A DNA stretch of 64,000 bases from Lama glama (Eukaryota): NCBI GenBank assembly GCA_028534125.1, contig CM052817.1, positions 105,650,001-105,714,000 on the forward strand, given 5' to 3'. Shown piece by piece: positions 52,102 to 64,000 of this stretch. Each line of letters starts with the position of its first letter. Position 1 is the stretch's first letter. The notes under the pieces were generated by a model that was not told the origin of the DNA, searched no databases, and was given only the letters and a program-made list of their open reading frames with translations. A program made the position numbers and the translations under genes.

Positions 52102-54379
52102 TACTATCAAAAACAAATTTTAATCTTTTCTTGAGGTATCTTGCCCCGTGCCACCATTTATCAGCCTTATTGCCTCACTTTTTATCGCTGCCTTCCATTT
52201 GGAGAACAGGAGGATCCAAGATTAACATAAAAGATAGGTCCCCATTGTAGGAAAAATGTGGGAACTCAATCCTTGAAGCAAAAAGGCAGTTCGGTGTCGG
52301 GGGTTGCTCACATAGCTCTAAGAAGGTATGTGATGGAGTTGAGTATCACCCTTCTGTCAATAAAAAGAAAAGATTTTAAAGTGGGGTGAGGGAGCAACTG
52401 AATACCTTGCTATAAAGAAGAAGAGTAAAGTAGCAGCTGCAAGGATGTGGGACATTCTGCAACAATCTATTCCATACACGTTCAGAGACCACCTTAGGTT
52501 GTGAGATGAACATTTCCATACTGGGTACATTCAATCTCACCTTCTTTCTGATAAAGAGACCACTTTTTCAGGTCTACTGTTGATTGTAAATATCAACCTA
52601 AAATTTTAGATATTTATCCCATAAAATTGTCTTTTAAAAAATTTACAATTTTCTATCTTTGAATTTGGCTAAGCTGTCTTTATCAACCATGTGTAATTTC
52701 AGCCTCTGAACAGATTTAGATACTGAGTTCCGTGAAGTCCACCAACTGCTGGATGAAATAACACTTCCTTATATTTGCCTTAACATTACCTTAGAGGAAG
52801 TGAATTTTAGTCCTCAAAAATACCTACATAAAAATGAATTAGAAATAACCTAATGACTCTGTTTTTCACTTGAAAACACCTCATCTCTTAGAATTCTAAA
52901 TTCCCTCAAGGTTTTTCCTAATTTAAAAACAACATGTAAATGAGAGATTTAACAGATTAGATATTGAAACGTTAGTTTTGTAAATTAATAATCCAAGTAA
53001 TTCAAGCTTTAAAACAATTCAAAGAAAGAATATTTCTAGCTGCTTAAAAAAATAATGGTAAAAAGCTTTATTTGTGACTTAAAGCTTTATTTATATCCAA
53101 GGGCAGGGCATACTCAAAGTTAACTGCAAGGTGCAAAGTTTAATTTTGCAAAAAGTAAAGCACCTTTTCTCAGTTTGACCTCTTTTCTCAATGAACTTTT
53201 ACTTCCTGATGGTGTGTTGTATCTGTTTCTTTTTCTAACCTGAGTATTTAAACAGTGGCGACTAAGAATAGTAATTATATTCAAAATTTAATCATCTGCC
53301 AAACATGATAAAAATACTGTAGAATTTTTATAGGGTGCACATAGAGATGGAACAGTGAAGTCCAAAATCAAATTGCTTTATTTTTTAAAAAGAAAAGAAA
53401 ATAAACAAACAGAAAAAAACCCTGCACTTACTTAAATTTAATCTTTCAAACTTTCTTTTCCAGTCCGATTGAACTAGATCCCTACTGTTTTATACTGACC
53501 TTATCTAAGAAATCAAATTTCTGTCTTTTTCTTTTGCATGTATTTGACAGTGTGAATTGGTATTAAACGTGTAATTTCAGGATTAAACATTTCAAAACCT
53601 TGAGCAACACTGTTATATTTTATTATTAAACTGACAAATATTTTCTTGACCACATAAGGTTCTACAAACATGATAAATTTTTACCACTGGGGCATCTTTG
53701 TTTTAAGTGGATACATTAATATCATTTTTACGTGTCGCTTAAAAATCAAAGGTCTCGATTTTTTAATGTAATCTATAACCTTGGCGTTGCTTTAAACATC
53801 AAAGGTTTGCTGCTTTTCTGGCCATTAACAATTTTGGTAAGAATGACATGCAGGTGATGTTTTGCCATGTAAAAGACTGCCTGGTAAACAGCTGACCTCA
53901 TTTGATTTTCTGTAGAGCAAAATCAGGTTCTGCTTGGATGCAGAAGTGGCTTATTGTATCACCCCGGGTATTCTTAAGTGTCACCCGCGGTCTCCTCTAG
54001 CAGTTAACACATTATCCTGAGAATCCACATCATTAGTTTAAATTAGGTTCACTTAATTAGCCAGCTGGTACTCTCCTCGTCAGCCTGATAAACAAGATGT
54101 GCTTCACTGTTTCTTCCCGTCAAAGCTACCCTTCCAGTTCCATGCATCTTTGTCGCTATTCTCTGTACTTCCTCTTTACAAAATTAGCCGTCTTTCTAGA
54201 AGCTGATACAACTGGTCCATGACCAGTGGAGCACCAGTTTAAAGTTATTTGTAATTGGTGCACCCACCCTTAAGGAATACTGATAAATTTGTATCACACT
54301 AGGTGTGTTGGGATTGAGTTGAGGTTTATAGATCTACAAAAGGGACAATGAATCTCATACTATAACTAAATTGTATCCC

Positions 54380-54828
54380 TAAACAATATTTTCAACTATT
54401 AAAGAAAAAATTATCAATATCTTTATAAAGCTATAGCAAATAAACACTTTTGTGATTACATTATATAGTCCATTTTAAACATTTCTACAAAGGAATAGGA
54501 TAAGAAGTAATTCATCATGATACCATAACACTCTGAAATGGTACTTATGCAGAAAATTAAGAAATACGGATTCTAGGACCTGAATATGTAGATCATTGTA
54601 TTATTAAACAATGTTTTAAAATGCTAAATAAAAATATCAATATCTGGATAAAACTGAAACAAGTAACTTTGTGTTATTACCTTATATAATACATTTTAAA
54701 CATTTTCACAGAGGAGCAGAATAAGAAGTTAATTCATCATGATAAATTAACTCTGAAAACAGTACTTACATGGGAAAATAAGAAACTTGGATTCTAAGAT
54801 CTGCATATGTAGATCACTACCATTAATT
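54380..54828. repeat. Diverged two-copy tandem duplication, unit about 222 bp
   Basis: Shared blocks tatcaatatct, cattttaaacattt, ataagaagt, aattcatcatgata, actctgaaa, gtactta, ggattcta and atatgtagatca recur at an offset of about 221-225 bp. Confidence 0.9.
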
Positions 54829-55829
54829 ATAACAACACAGAATTAGGTTCTTTGAAAGATATTTCTGAATATGTTTAATAAACCAATAAATCTTTGGAAG
54901 AAGGATTGTGGCTTAATTATCTGAATATGACCAGGCCAAGCAAAAGCTACTATTTACACAAAATTGCAGTGCTTATGGGATGGGAGAGAAATTTCCAACC
55001 TATGGTATCAGAACATTTTATTTAAACAACGTCTCACAGACTCATTCAAGAGATCAAACTGGATTGCCTTTGTCCTGTTGTGGTGAGGTTTCCAGTCATT
55101 TCCATAGGCTTCTCAAGGTAAAGTTTAAAAACAACTTTTCTGTCAAAATAATATTGGTAGTCCAAACAAATTTATGCTGAGTACTAAATCAGCATTCTGT
55201 GTACGTGGTTAATTTTGTGGTGAAAGATAAGCTTATGCGCAACGCTTTCTCCAAATCCTGTGTCTCGAACATTGTCTTTTGACTTGTATGAGTTTTCCTG
55301 ACAAATGCTTGGTGGCTGCAGAAACAAACTATGTATATACACCACTGGTCTCCAGATGGAGTGTATGCAACACAAGGAAAGTGAAAGATGACCAGTTGTA
55401 GGAAGGGAATCCTGGGACATCCCTTACATTTCTTTTTATCTTAGGAAAAGAACCATAGTACACTGTATAAATATTTAATATATGGACCAGTATTGGGTGC
55501 CTGAATTCATCTTTCTGTTGGATGGTGAGGGTATCTTGAGAGGAAAGTGGGAGTTTTCTAGGAGGAAGGGATGGACTTGGTTCCCTTTGTCTTTTGTTTA
55601 CTTTTATCTGTACAAATGGGATACAACATCAAAGACTTCCGTGAAGATTAAAAAAATAATTTATATTTGTAAGATATTTAGGAACGAAACTTTGTTCATA
55701 ATAAGCCTGTCACGGAGTATAGTTGTTCTCACTGTAAAAAAATAACGATGATCTTGGCATGTTCAATTTTGCGATTTGTTCTTCCCAATTAAGTCGATTT
55801 AGAGGGTCATTAACTATGTAATGGTGTGT

Positions 55830-56620
55830 ATGATTTACAAGGTATTGTTCTAAGTGCATAGGTTATACCGCCAAGCTACACAAACACGAAAGGTCTGCCT
55901 GCTTGGAGCCTAGAACCCACTGGATGGAGACAGACAATGAAAAATAAAATAGCTAAAATTTATATGTAAATTACACAATATGGAAAGTGATCAGTGCTCT
56001 TGGAAAGGGTAAAACAGAGCGGTTCATGTGGGATTGGTGAAGATGAGGATGAAGGGAAACGCACAAAGGGCAGGCTGGTTACAGTTTGAAATAGGATGTT
56101 CAGACTGGCGTCACCCAGGTGGTGGATTCTCAGCCTAGGTGCTCTGGAAGCACCTGCTGGGGCACCTGTGGAAGATGCCTGGTTCCAGGGGAAAGCTCTC
56201 CAAGGGCAGAAGCGTGGCTGGTGTGTTGGAGGAACAGCAAGGAGGCTTGAGCATCTGGATTGGAGACATCGGAGGAGAGGAGGAGGGGGGTCTCAGAAAG
56301 CAGACTGGGGAGTGACAGGTCATTATAGGGGCTTTGGACTTTTACTCTGCGGGATATGAGAAGATGCTGTAGTGTTTTGAGCACATGGATGTCATGATCT
56401 GTCTAATGCTTACTGAAAAAAGAAAAAAAATTGCTCTGACAAATCGGTCGAGAAAGTTGATGAGCAGAAGGTTCAAAGGTAGGAAGCATGAGAGGGGGTT
56501 CCAGAGGCTCTGTGTGTAGGGGCAGAGGGGCAGGAGCGACAAAGAGCTCAGTGTTGAGAAGGATGCAGTCACGTGGGACGTGAGGCCTAGGAGGAAGAGG
56601 ACCATCACTGGCAATACAAT
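55830..56620 (-). mobile_element. L2 fragment
   Basis: caaggtattgttctaagtgc...ggagacagacaat...ggactttggactttactctg-like...gttttgagcacatggatgtcatgatctg. Confidence 0.75.
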
Positions 56621-56670
56621 GTTTACCTTCTTTTTTCATTAAGCTTAAGGACTTAATTGTGACAAGCATT

Positions 56671-56673
56671 TGT

Positions 56674-56719
<46 letters not shown>
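56671..56719. repeat. Compound (TG)n(AG)n microsatellite
   Basis: Direct reading of the sequence. Confidence 0.95.
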
Positions 56720-56720
<1 letters not shown>

Positions 56721-57714
56721 AAATAGTGTCTTTCTCTTTTACAAAAGCTGATGGTCTAAATTTACTGATCGCTTATTTTCCAAAGTGGAATTTCAGATAT
56801 TTTATAACATCCAACACCTGGAATTTCACCCTTTCAAAAGTTGACAATTTCAAGAGGAAAACATATTTTTTTGACTGAAAATTGGGTTACAGCCAAGATG
56901 ATCCTGAAGACAGTTGTTTGGAAAGATTTTTGTTATTGCTGTATGATATTGCTGAAAACCATGGAAACATTCTCTGTGTAAAATGTGTTCTATCCACATG
57001 CTCGAAAACTTATAAATAGATATTTCCTAAGAGTTAAACCTTTTCCCAGTAAAGTATGTCAAAAGGACTTTTCTTCATTTTTGTCTGCATGTCTTTTTCC
57101 GTTCTGGTGAGCTTTTAGAACCAAACACCAAAATAAACTGAATTTAATGCCAAACCTTTGAAATGCTGAAACACAACATGTTCACAAATTTTGGAGACAA
57201 ACATTTTTTTAAATTCTGAAGTTGTTTTGAAAATTGGTATTTTGTTCCTTCAAAAACGTATCTCTTAATTTATTTAAAGAAGATTAATTAGGAACTGCCT
57301 TCTGACGCTTCCTGGGACATACCCTCTCTCATAAGTGAATTTTTAAAAATTGTCTCTGTCTCGCCACTTATAAAACAAGGTTCATCCTTGAAGGCTCAAT
57401 TGAAGCATCACCCCCCCATTGTGTACACCGTTCTTCATCCTCTGAGCTCCCATGGGATCTGCTCCTTGTTTTTATTTCACGAAACGCGTTTCAAGTTCTT
57501 TTAAGTTCTTTCAGCCTCTCACCTGCAAACTCTTCCAGGACACAGACTCTGTTTATTACAGTAAATAACCTCTCCCAGGTCTCAGTTTCTTCATTTGCTC
57601 AATGAGAGTAGTGTGTCTCTAAAACGCTATGGTGCTGTGTCATGAGCTGTGTCATGACTATACCTCTAGTTCAGTTAATTTCTCTAGCAGTAGTTGTAGT
57701 GGTATTTTGTGGTG

Positions 57715-57860
57715 CTCAACAGGCACCAGGCACACTCTGAACACATTATATTTGTTACATTTACTACCTTATCTAATATTTACAGTGACTCTTTGAAGTA
57801 GGTGTTATTACAGTCTCCATTTTATTTGGAGCCACAGGAAAGGTTAGTAACTTCCAATGG
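57715..57860 (-). mobile_element. MIR fragment
   Basis: caccaggcacactctgaacac...gaagtaggtgttattacagtctccatttta...aaggttagtaactt. Confidence 0.65.
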
Positions 57861-57984
57861 TATTATTATTATTACTGTTATTGTTATTGTTAAAGTTTAA
57901 GTAAAGATGCTAAGATTTGAAGTCACACATTTTGGAGTGACAAGTGCCCTGGAGGCCAACAAAGAAACACTGGAAAAGGTAGGA

Positions 57985-58385
57985 ATCTCCAGTGTCCAAA
58001 AGTAACCTTTTGCTCATTATGCCCTCATTACAATAAAATGATCCTTGCAGATTAGAAGAACCCATCATGCACTAACACCATGACATCTCCAATCCAGACT
58101 AAATAAGGGCAAAAAAATCCCTCCTCCCCTCAGGAAGGTGGAGTTGGGATGAAAATCAGGGACTACTTCCCCAAACCCTTCCCTCCCCAATGAACAGTCT
58201 GCCCATTCACTTTTACACCCTGTGTAACCAACGTGCCAAAGAAGCTCAGGGCAGCTGCTCACCTGAGTCTGCCCACTCTCCCCTTGAGAGTGCACTACCC
58301 ATCTCTTAATAAATCCTCGCTTTACTTTCTTAACTTCTGTGTCTTGTCTCTGAATTATTTCTGTGACAAGACAAGAACCTAATCA
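57985..58385 (+). mobile_element. ERV1-type solo LTR (boundaries approximate)
   Basis: gcagctgctcacctgagtctgcccactctcccttgagagtg, AATAAA at about 58308, and the U5-like tgtcttgtctctgaattatttctgtgacaagacaagaacc. Confidence 0.7.
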
Positions 58386-58875
58386 CCTACAATAAAAATG
58401 CTTGCTCATAAGCACGGGGTATAGTGCCTGCCAGTGGTTTTCCACTGCAGTTGTGCTCCTTACACAAATGCTGCTCCATATCATTGAGCCCCTTGGGTTT
58501 CTTTTCACCTTCCAAAAGAGAAAAAACAAAAATAAAAACGAAAGAATGCTTCTCATCCACAAGGCATAAATAGGAGTGCAACATACCCACACACTGTCAG
58601 AAATGAGACTATCAGTGAGCAGAGATAGTCTTTAGTAGATAGAGAAGTTCCCACTCTGGGCAGGATCACAGACTCAGACCCCAGGCCCACTGACCACTGG
58701 CTGGCTGGTGACTGGTAAGACACGGTCTCAGGTGTCTTATCCCATTTTATGTGGCTATTAACAGAACCTAGAGATTGTGGTATGCCCATAAGATAATATT
58801 TATGAAAGAGTCTCATAGAAAGGAAAGAACCTTAGGAGAGCTGGCCAGCCAAAAATTTTTATTCAAATGGTTCTC

Positions 58876-58947
58876 AATTTGACACAACATTGTAAAATGA
58901 CTATAACTCAATAAAAAATGCATAAAAAGTAAAATAAAATATTAAAA
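58876..58947 (+). mobile_element. Very short (~72 bp) L1 3' terminus with a perfect 11-bp TSD
   Basis: aatttgacacaacattgtaaaatgactataactcaataaaaaa...; aaatggttctc at 58865-58875 and 58948-58958. Confidence 0.88.
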
Positions 58948-59299
58948 AAATGGTTCTCTACTATTTAAAGCTATCTAAGGATCTTTGTTCTTTTTTTAAC
59001 GGTATCCCACAGATTGGATAACAATGTCTTTGTTACTGTTACTTTTGTTGTCCTATTGAACTATTTTATCTTTAACATTTTAAGAGCCTAAAGATTATAT
59101 TCCATTTTAAGTTGTATGCAGAATTGGGTGACTATTATAAACACACACAGATCAAGTTTAACATAAAAGGGGAAAATATGAAAAATCAAAAGAATCTTAT
59201 TGCTTTGTTATTAGTGTAATGGTTAATGATGATTCTTTCACTATATACCCATTGAAATTATTGATCAGTACATGAAGACTTGAAATGAAACATCTGGCA

Positions 59300-59870
59300 T
59301 TCACCTGAGTACCATTAACCAAATACCAGGCTAACTTTTCCTTAAGCAATAGAACCATTTAATTATCGCAAATAACATCCAGTCTCAGGATAGTTATTCT
59401 AGGTTCACGCAGCATCTCAAGGCTGTTACTGAAAAATTCAGTCTCCTTTCATTTTTCTCCTGCTGAATCCTCAAATTGTTGCCTTTTCCTTCTTAAGCTT
59501 ATTGTTTCATGATCTCAAAATGGCTTTGGAATTTGAGCCTTAGTGTCTTCATATGGCAGCATCTAAGGCGGGAAGAAAGGGAAAGGATGGTACAAGGAAG
59601 TCTCCACCTGTCTATTTTGATGGGAATTCATATCATTCTCACAATTCATCCATCATCTTCATCTTTACAATGTATAAACTAGGATAAGCCATGTGACCAC
59701 CTCTAACCTCTAGAGATGTTGGGACAATTAGCACTTGTCAAAGGGGAATGAGATTAGTCATTGGGTAAAATCTGTGCTGCTAGCCTAGTGGGCTACCTTC
59801 CCTGAGAACATTGCTGCCCACCTGAACCCAAAACAACATCATGGCTCTGTTAGACAGAAAGAAAGGCATA
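59300..59870 (-). mobile_element. Old MaLR LTR (MLT1J/K-like)
   Basis: cagtctcctttcatttttctcc...gatctcaaaatggct...ccatgtgaccacctctaac...ctaccttccctgagaacattgctgcc. Confidence 0.6.
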
Positions 59871-60800
59871 AGGTCAAGCATACAGAAGTATTTAAATAGG
59901 TCTGTTCAGAAATGCAATAATTACTTCTAATCCAAGAATATTGAGAATTTTAAATAGATAAAATATATGACAAGGTTTTAGAAAAGAAATACTTTAGTAA
60001 GACTAAATTGCTAACATGTTAGATAAAATATGAATCTGTGTGTTCAACCCACTGTGAAGAGGGTTACATCATGAACTAGGATTTGAGAAATTCTATAAAT
60101 ATATTCACTAGAACTTGGGGATGAAATGCCTTTACTATTGCATAAGGGTTCTTTTATTGAATACAACTTGTTTTATGTTATAAAATTAGAAAATATGTAA
60201 CTATTACAGGAAATTACTTCAAAAAGGTGTTCACTTGTAATATAAATAGCTTGGAATTAAGGTGAATGAAATAACTTACCAGCAGCAATTTGTTTTCTGG
60301 AAGTTTTGTTTTCAGTAAATGCTAAGTATTATAAATGTTAGCAGGAAAACTCATTTACCATATCAAGTATGATACAAAAAAAATGCTTTTCCTTTTTCTA
60401 TTGTTTTAGATTTCTCATTAAGGAAACTAAATTAGGTAATCTGTTATGATAGTTACAACCGTATATCAAATCATTGGTGTTTTAGCATTATAGATGGCTA
60501 AATCCAATAACCAGCTTTGGGTTAGAAAAATCTAATAGGGTAAACATAGTTCTCACCTGTATTCAAAAATTAAAATACACATATTAATCACTTATATCTT
60601 GAGTTTTTAAATAGCTTCTCCATCAAACACAATTTGCATGAGTAATGAATGAATATAAGACTATCTAAAAGGGTACAAAAACGTTTGAGTCAGGTATCAT
60701 GTTTCCAAATTCATTAAATAAGGATTTAGAAAATTAGATAATGGACAACAGAAATGTTTAATCTGATATCCAAAAGCTAGGAGTCTTCCATAATTTCTAG

Positions 60801-60986
<186 letters not shown>

Positions 60987-63629
60987 TGAGAAAATAGTGA
61001 TCTTTAAGCATTTAGATATCTAACTGGGTATTTATAACCATTTAACAATGATGGTCTTCCATCTGAGAAATGGATTTTAAATACATCTAGATTTGCAAAG
61101 AAGGGGAAGAATTGTCAATACTCAAGTGCCTTTTTTCGGGTTGGAAAATGTTCTAGGTCATACTTACCAAGCATTAGATTCATGTGCAAAAAGAATAACC
61201 TATGATGACAAAGCACATGCCATTGGGAATAAAAAAGTTATAGTTTACCTTTTGACAGTTCTGTGCTTCCTTCTGATTTTCATGAGAATTTTATTGTTTC
61301 CATTTCTCTTTAAAATGGTGCCTGTTGGATGGGGCATGTGAGACAGAGACCAGGAGATTTGGGCAGAATCTCAAAGCAGGTCTCCATTTTTCTCCAAACA
61401 CACATTATTTTACTCTCTGAGTGCAGGCTCATTTCGAATTGGAGAAAATGTGCTGTCATTTCTGGGGAATTTGCTTATGTTTGAAATCGTTTATATGAGG
61501 ACTTGACAGATATATATGTATATATGTGTGTGTGCATACATTTTGACAATGACTCATTGTAGCAGTGTTAAGAAATTCCCACATATTATCTAGCCATCTA
61601 AAATGGGTTCTTTTTCTCTGAAGTTCTAATTTAAAAACATACTAATAAGATTCAGTGAATTTTTAAAATATTTGCTAGGTGGGAGTGAAAGGTTAGTCTC
61701 ACATCTGAAAATATAAAATATAGGAATTAGGAATTGCTCTTAAAATAGTACATATACAAGATTTATTTAGATAAAGACTGTATGTGTATATTTCTGTATG
61801 TATAAAGACAGGGAGATAGATAGACAGACAGACAGATAAGTGACTGGGTCTCGGAATCAGAGAACAGATTGTGTCTTACTCATGGAAAGTGCTAGTTTTT
61901 ATTTTCCATCCTCAACCCACATAGGGTGATGTGGTGAGTGACTAGAAGGAGCCTGGAATCCCATGTCCCTAAGTTGTTTTAAGTCCCTCCCTTTGGTGTG
62001 AGAGAGAGAGAGAAAGACAGATACTCTGGCACGTGTGCAAACCTTCTCCTGGGAGAGGAGGGGTAGTCAGTGTGTGGGCACATCAGTAACAACTTAGATG
62101 AGTTAAGCCTCTAAATCTCTCAGGAGCAATACTCCATCTCAGGCTTCCGAGACATTTTGGCTCGGCCCATCATCCTTTAACCAAGTTAGCCAATGCTTTT
62201 TGCTCAGAAAGACCTGACTCCGCAGAAATGTCAGAATAGTGATGGATAATTGTCTCCCAAGAGGATTATCAGGAAATATCTCCCAAAGAAATGGGATTCG
62301 AGTTTTGTTTGAAAAAAGGGAACTGACTTTCCTTTGGAGAAATTGAATTGAGCAAATCAGAACATGTGGGCAAGCTCTCTTTTTCACTGGAGTGTCCCTG
62401 TGCCATAATATTGAAGTTACTGGAAAGAGACTGATGCTAGGGTGTGCAGGCTAGGAGGTAGCTGTTTAGCCCTAATGCAGTAGAACGTATAATGGTACCC
62501 ACTGACCCTTGAAGGTGCAGAAGCATTTTTATCAAGGATCCAAACGCCCTCTTTTGTGCTTTCATGTTGAATCTTATTAAATCTATACATCTTTGTCAAT
62601 TAGGAAAGCCATATGTCTTATTTTCTCTGATATTTACAATTAATTCATAAAACCCCATGAATTGTCATAATTTTAGGTGATTAAGACAGTGATTTTTCCA
62701 TCTAGTGTTCTCAGACGAATTCTCAAAAAGATGTATCATAGGTATTTTTAGAGGGCATTTATGCCTTATGAAAATTTAGGAAATTCTGTAAAAAGCTAAA
62801 ACTTATGAGTCCATCATCTGCACAGTTTTAGGATCTTTGTGTAGTGTTTTTGCAAATGTACAAACAATTAGAGAAGAAAATATCCTCAGGAAACAATTGG
62901 AATAAAATCTTCACACTCTGCCATTGGCCAGGAAATAAGTCCCAGCCAGATGGGGTGACAGGGCAGACGGTGGCTCTGGGTTTGCAGAAGGTGTGGCACA
63001 GAGCGAGGCCAGCAAGGTTGTTGTCAGACTGGCCCTATTGATTAAGGTATATCACAGATCAACCTATGTCCTTAAAGTCAGTGGGTTCGGTCCTGAACCT
63101 GGAAATTCACTACTTCCTGCTCAATTCTAGCAGCGAGAAGGACCTTAACCCATCAGGAAATAAAGCCCAGACTTACACTGGGGAAGTGGCTTTTCTTTTT
63201 ACTACCTAGGACTATGCCAAGCACAGAAGAGAGGTTCAGATAATCTTCAGTGGTGTGAAGTATTTTTGCATCGTGTAAGTTTGTATTGTAAGTTTGGGAA
63301 GCAATACACATATTATCGCTTTGTTTCAGTATTAAATTCTGTGATGCCTGTAAACTATTCAGGACATATATTGGAACATAGCATGCTCTTAGTAAATATT
63401 ATTATTATTATTATTATTACTTCTGTTAGTCTAAGTATTATTATTAATTTAAAATACACGTACATGCATTTTGAGAATTATATACTTCTATACAATCCAA
63501 AGGGAAGAAAATTTGGAGAGTTCCATTGGAATTAATCTTGTTGATTTTTATTAAAGTCTTTTAGGCATTATTATGAATGGCTATAAACCAGGGAGGGGTT
63601 TCTCACTGAAACTCATTAATAAAATAGAT

Positions 63630-63965
63630 ATAGTGTCTTTAAAACTTCACCACATATTTGGTTCTCTCCCCCTCTGGGCACATGGGGGTCTTCTTTTGGT
63701 TGGGTGGGGCCATATGATTAGTTTCGGCAAATGAGGCCTTTCATGAGCTGAAACATTCAAAGATCCTCCCTCATGGGCTGCTCCTTCCTCATGGGAAATG
63801 GAATGAAAATACTAGGAACAGTAGATATCCTGCCAGAGCCCTCTGAGGAAGCAACAGGTATGAAACAAAATCTCTATTTTCTAAGCCACTAAGATGTAAA
63901 GATTTGTTTCTGTTTCATTTATTTATTTTTTTTGACTGTCACGTAACTGCATCTATCCTGACGGT
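63630..63965 (+). mobile_element. Old MaLR LTR (MLT1H/I/J-like)
   Basis: caccacatatttggttctctcccc...tggggccatatgattagtttcggcaaatgag...aagccactaagatg. Confidence 0.6.
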
Positions 63966-64000
63966 TGTAATAATCCATTTTCTTGAGCTTGGCAATTTCC

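Overview
Mammalian genomic DNA, AT-rich and repeat-dense. The tRNA-derived SINE and the L1 3' ends point to a cetartiodactyl, most likely a camelid. The window appears to lie entirely inside one + strand gene, FSTL5 (follistatin-like 5). Five internal coding exons are visible, each with AG/GT boundaries: 11035-11196 (162 nt), 15655-15789 (135 nt), a 27-nt microexon at 26101-26127, 45339-45488 (150 nt) and 60858-60965 (108 nt). They encode the second Ig-like domain and the start of the C-terminal beta-propeller region. Splice phases require one further exon between 26128 and 45338. I could not find it, and it most likely lies in the 500-N gap at 33647-34146. The remainder is intron containing L1, L2, MIR, SINE, MaLR/ERV LTRs, hAT/Tigger elements and microsatellites, plus three assembly gaps, one of which looks like a false gap. 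Most ORFs in the track are spurious or decayed L1 ORF2. I found no convincing previously undescribed biological system. The best leads are the neural-type microexon with a NAGNAG acceptor, an antisense solo LTR carrying a CCAAT-box array, a MIR-containing segment captured inside a younger L1, an L1 flanked by a ~125-bp duplication, a SINE/L1 chimera, and several hairpin or duplication scars. Repeat family names and the comparison to human FSTL5 come from recall, not from a database search.
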